64,000 nucleotides of DNA from Eledone cirrhosa (taxonomy: Eukaryota): NCBI GenBank assembly GCA_964016885.1, contig OZ024740.1:401884001-401948000 (forward strand), read 5' to 3'. The notes beneath the pieces were generated by a model. That model saw nothing but the letters and a program-made list of their open reading frames with translations. It ran no database searches and had not been told where the DNA came from. Made by a program: the position numbers and the translations under genes. Below are positions 59,909 to 64,000 of the stretch, piece after piece. How positions within the stretch are numbered: the stretch's first letter is position 1; every line of letters begins with the position of its first letter.

Positions 59909-60298
59909 TACATATACTTACATCTACATACAAGAAAATAAAATTGAAATATAAAGTACATACACAAAAATGTCCCTTGTAATCACAGCTAGTTAACAAA
60001 CAACTTCCATTGTGCACCGTCAATTTTTTCAAAATTTTAACCGGATAAAGGATAATAAAATCTGAGTAAATCACATACACTTAGAACATTCCCTTAATGC
60101 CTTCCACACATATACACATACTCTCATACACGCACACACACACATATATTTGTACACACACACATATATATATGTGTACACTTACACACACAAAAACACA
60201 CACATACATACACATATATATATATGTTCATGTTTACATATAATCATACATTTACATGGTTTCCTATATTCTTGCATACATATATGCGCACACACACA

Positions 60299-60342
<44 letters not shown>

Positions 60343-61773
60343 TACATACACACACACACATATGTATATATATATATATAAATATATATATATACATGCC
60401 TACATAACACTTAAACATACATATACTTACACAGATTCACATAACATAGCACATGAGACATATCTCAAACACCTATATACAACGCAATAAATATACAAAC
60501 AACACGGACAACCCTTTGCATATTGAATAATATAACATAGTTAAGTAGGCATCTATTTTAATATTTTTGAAAGGAAGCACAATGAAAATTAATAAATAAA
60601 TTTGATTTTGTTTTGAAAGTGAAACTGAAAGAGAAAAGCGAAGCGGAAAAAAAAAAAATTGTAAATAGAAATAAAAGACAGAATAAAAGGAAAGTTACAC
60701 TATTGATGTAAACTGATAGATTAATCAGTGGAACTCGGTGACAAAATTAAAATATAATACAAACACAAAAATATAGACGAGAATACAAACAACAAACACG
60801 CCACGAATAAAGATTTCAACAAACAACGATTAAAAAAATGGAATAGAAATATAAAAAATATTAAAACAACACCAGCAACAACTAAACAAAGATCGAAAGA
60901 CGATTCGTTTTAGTAATGGAAGTCTCTTTCAATGCGGGAGTATTAAATATTTAAATGTTCACCAATAGGGAGATAATCAATCAATTAAAATGGAAAATGA
61001 CGTCTTTTGAGACAACCAAATTATTATTATTATTTTTCCTCTTCATCTTTTAGATAGTTCCATTCGATGCTGTTCTTTGAAGAGCGAACAATGAAAAACA
61101 TCGTGAGATACCTGTCCTGATTTAGAGAATGTACCATTCTAACACGAAATTTTAATCATGCTTTAAAAAGAAACACAACGTAGATTGTTTGTTTATATTC
61201 ATATTAACAGCTTTTTATCTCGCTGCTTTAAGCCAACACTCCTACGATTATTCTCTAATCTTCTTCTATATGTTGCTATTTATTATTTCTCTGTGTATTG
61301 TGTTATCTATTTCCCAAATCTCTCTACCTCACCTTCTCTAAAACTGTCTCTTTCTGTTTTTATTTCTCATTTACTACCTTTTCTCTCTATTTCTACAGCT
61401 CTCTCCCTCTCGTCTTTATATATTTTTCCACTTCTGTCACTGACGCTCACTTTCTCTTTATCTATTCTTAATAAATATCTATAGATAAGGAGAGATGAGA
61501 AAGAGTATATAGGTAAATATGAGGGTGAAAGATGGACAGATACATACATAAGAATGAAGTTATATGCGACACATATATATAGACACATCTACACATATAC
61601 ACTAACATTCACAAATGTAGTCAGTTATACTGACCAAGATACTCAATAGTCGATGAGCTAAATCTTTTTAAATCTAAGAGTTTCAAAGTATAATTTAGTG
61701 ATGTGGACAGAAATAAATACGTTATGAAATTGCCAAAAATTTCATTACATATTAATATATATAAATATATGTG

Positions 61774-62070
61774 GGAAGGCACGTTAGGGTATTCGGCGCG
61801 TGATCGTAATATCGTGAGTTTGATTTCTAACGGTGCGTTGTGTCATTGTGTAAAACATTTTATTTTACTTTGCTCCAATCCACTTAGCTGCCAAAAATGT
61901 GTTGTAGTTGTAATTGAAAAGGCCATATTTGTCACATTTTGTGTCACACTGACACTCCCTGAGAAATACACTAAAGACACGGATCTGTGAAATGCTCAGC
62001 CACTTGCATGTTAATTTCATGAGCAGACCATCCGTTACCATATCATTCATCGCCATAATCGACGGAGTGT
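61774..62070 (+). mobile_element. Decayed CORE-type tRNA SINE
   Basis: Head similar to the 31263 family (gtgagtttgatt, gcgttgtgtc, ttttattttactttgctcc) with a different 3' body. Confidence 0.6.
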
Positions 62071-62143
62071 CAGTTTTATATATATATATATAAGGAGAAT
62101 AGAAATGACTGTGTAGTTGCTATTTAAGGTAACTTAAAATGCT

Positions 62144-62733
62144 GTGGGAATACAAAGAAAGCACGAACGGGGGGGGGGGGGAGTTTTCCTCATCAGTTGT
62201 CTACTGGGGGTCTAGGATATTTCTACGCTTTAAAGACAAGATACCACTTCACCTCAGGGCGTCAATAACTGGATAAGTTATTGGGAAAATGAAGGAAGGA
62301 GGGAAGGAAAGCAAAGGGGAAGAAAAGAGAAACTAACAAAACAGCGAAAAAAACAAATACACAAACCGAGCAATGTGCGAGCAACTCGAGGAAGGAAATC
62401 CAAGAACACTCGATAAAAGAACTTAAGTTCAAGACCGAGTAATCGAGAGAAAAGACACACGTCCTATTGCCGCAGTTGTGAGTGATAAGAGAACTGCTAA
62501 ACGTCAGACGAGGGGGTGAGTGTGAGAGGGAGAAAGGGAGAGAAAGAAAGTGGGGTAACTCTTTTCTTCCCCTTTGCTGTCCTTCCCTCCTTCCTTCGTT
62601 TTCCCAATAACTTATTGACGCCCTGGGGTGAAGTGGTATCTTGTCTTTAAAGCGTAGAAATATCCCAGACCCCAGTAGACAACTGATGAGGACCCCCGCC
62701 CCCGCCCTGTTCTTGCTTTCTTCGTATTCCCAC
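62144..62733. mobile_element. Inverted-repeat element with ~160-bp arms and ~270-bp spacer, CTGATGA in each arm
   Basis: 62144-62310 is the reverse complement of 62580-62733. Confidence 0.8.
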
Positions 62734-62750
62734 TATATATATATATATAT

Positions 62751-62784
<34 letters not shown>

Positions 62785-63145
62785 GTAGAACATTGGAGGG
62801 TTATATCCGTAGTAGTAGAGCACTCAGTCCATTGGACGAGTTTGGTAGACGTAGTTCCACAACAGTTAGTTCACCATACCGAGAACAAATGTTTCACCTT
62901 ATGTGGAACTAAATCTATCTATCTATCTCTCTCTATATATATATTTATTAAAATAACAGATTAAAGTTTAAGCAAAGAATCGCTGGTTTGACCCTTAACG
63001 GGATCTTAAGGGTGAAAGCAGCGATTCTTTGCTTAAACTTTAATCTGTTATTTTAATAAATATTTGCTCTAGCGTTCTTATATATTTGATATAAATTTAT
63101 CCTTATCGAGCCCTCTTTGGATTTTAGTCTTCAAATTTATTATTA

Positions 63146-63219
<74 letters not shown>

Positions 63220-63564
63220 GTAATAATAATAATATATATATATATATATATAAATGGGGGGGGGGGCATGACACCGTTTATAGCAATCTTTTTTCATACA
63301 TGTATAAACAATGAAACAATTAGATTAATTAACTTACATTTGTCAGTTGACAACATTTCTTAGATAGAACCCATATTTGGTAGAAAAAATATCAATCCCA
63401 CAAGGGAAATAAGTAACCTTACTAGTGTCGACATTTCTAATTTGAACAGAAAATGACGCCTGTAAATACCTGTAACTTGCCCGGCACTATCAATTCTGCC
63501 ACCCACTGTTCTTTCTAATAATTGTTTCTAACTATGAAAAAGGAACAACATTTTTGTTATGGAT

Positions 63565-63960
63565 TAATTGAGTAAATCGAATTCAATTTTTTGGTTGTAC
63601 AATATTTTATCAACTCCGGAAAATGAACGGTAAAAAATGACCTCGGTGGTTTTCGACCCAGATCGTAAAGAGCCGGAATAGCTACAGCATGGCATTTTGC
63701 CGACGTTAACAATTTTACTATACTACCACAATTGATTTACTTAATAATTGTTTCGACTTTTAGCACAAGGCCAGCAATTACCCCAGTGCATTACTGGTAT
63801 TTTATTTTATCGATCCCTTTCAAGGCAAAGTCAACCTCGACGGGATTTACTTAATAATGGTGATTGGTTCTCATTTCGACACAAAGTCAACAGTTCTGAG
63901 TAAGGAAAAAGTCGACTAAATCCACTCCAATAATTGACTGGCCCACTTTTTATCAAGCCA
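63565..63960 (-). mobile_element. Cluster of about three decayed Nin-domain SINE copies
   Basis: Reverse complements of the family signature (ctggtattt..ttttatcgatccc..aaggcaaagtcaacctcgacgggattt). Confidence 0.6.
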
Positions 63961-64000
63961 GGCGTAGCTAATCATGGTGATATTTGGACTCAACGTAAAA

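Overview
AT-rich, microsatellite-saturated animal DNA, most likely a coleoid cephalopod such as Octopus (inferred from CORE- and Nin-domain tRNA-SINEs and extreme (TA)n/(CA)n/(TAG)n content). Almost all ORFs in the track are microsatellite artefacts. The only host gene is a + strand Iroquois (Irx) TALE-homeobox gene: three phase-compatible coding exons (5060-5169, 10962-11338 homeodomain, 11900-12864 IRO box), a first exon probably upstream of the window, and a possible short terminal exon at 15818. Roughly 47 kb without recognisable host genes follows. It holds decayed retroelements: two Penelope-like elements (PLEs) with GIY-YIG, a CRE-clade RLE LINE, a near full-length Tx1 LINE inside a (TCTA)n tract, RTE fragments, SINEs and MITEs. 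The main hidden signal is about 14 sequence-unrelated families of short, mostly ORF-less elements beside (TA)n tracts. Each carries a manually foldable hammerhead ribozyme (HHR) motif, and most occur as head-to-head inverted pairs with 3' ends facing outward. One family is demonstrably the pLTR of a GIY-YIG PLE. Several have non-canonical cores (CUGAAUGA, CUGAAAGA, CCGUCGA, U-U at the stem II base) or very long stem II. All folds were done by eye and none is tested.
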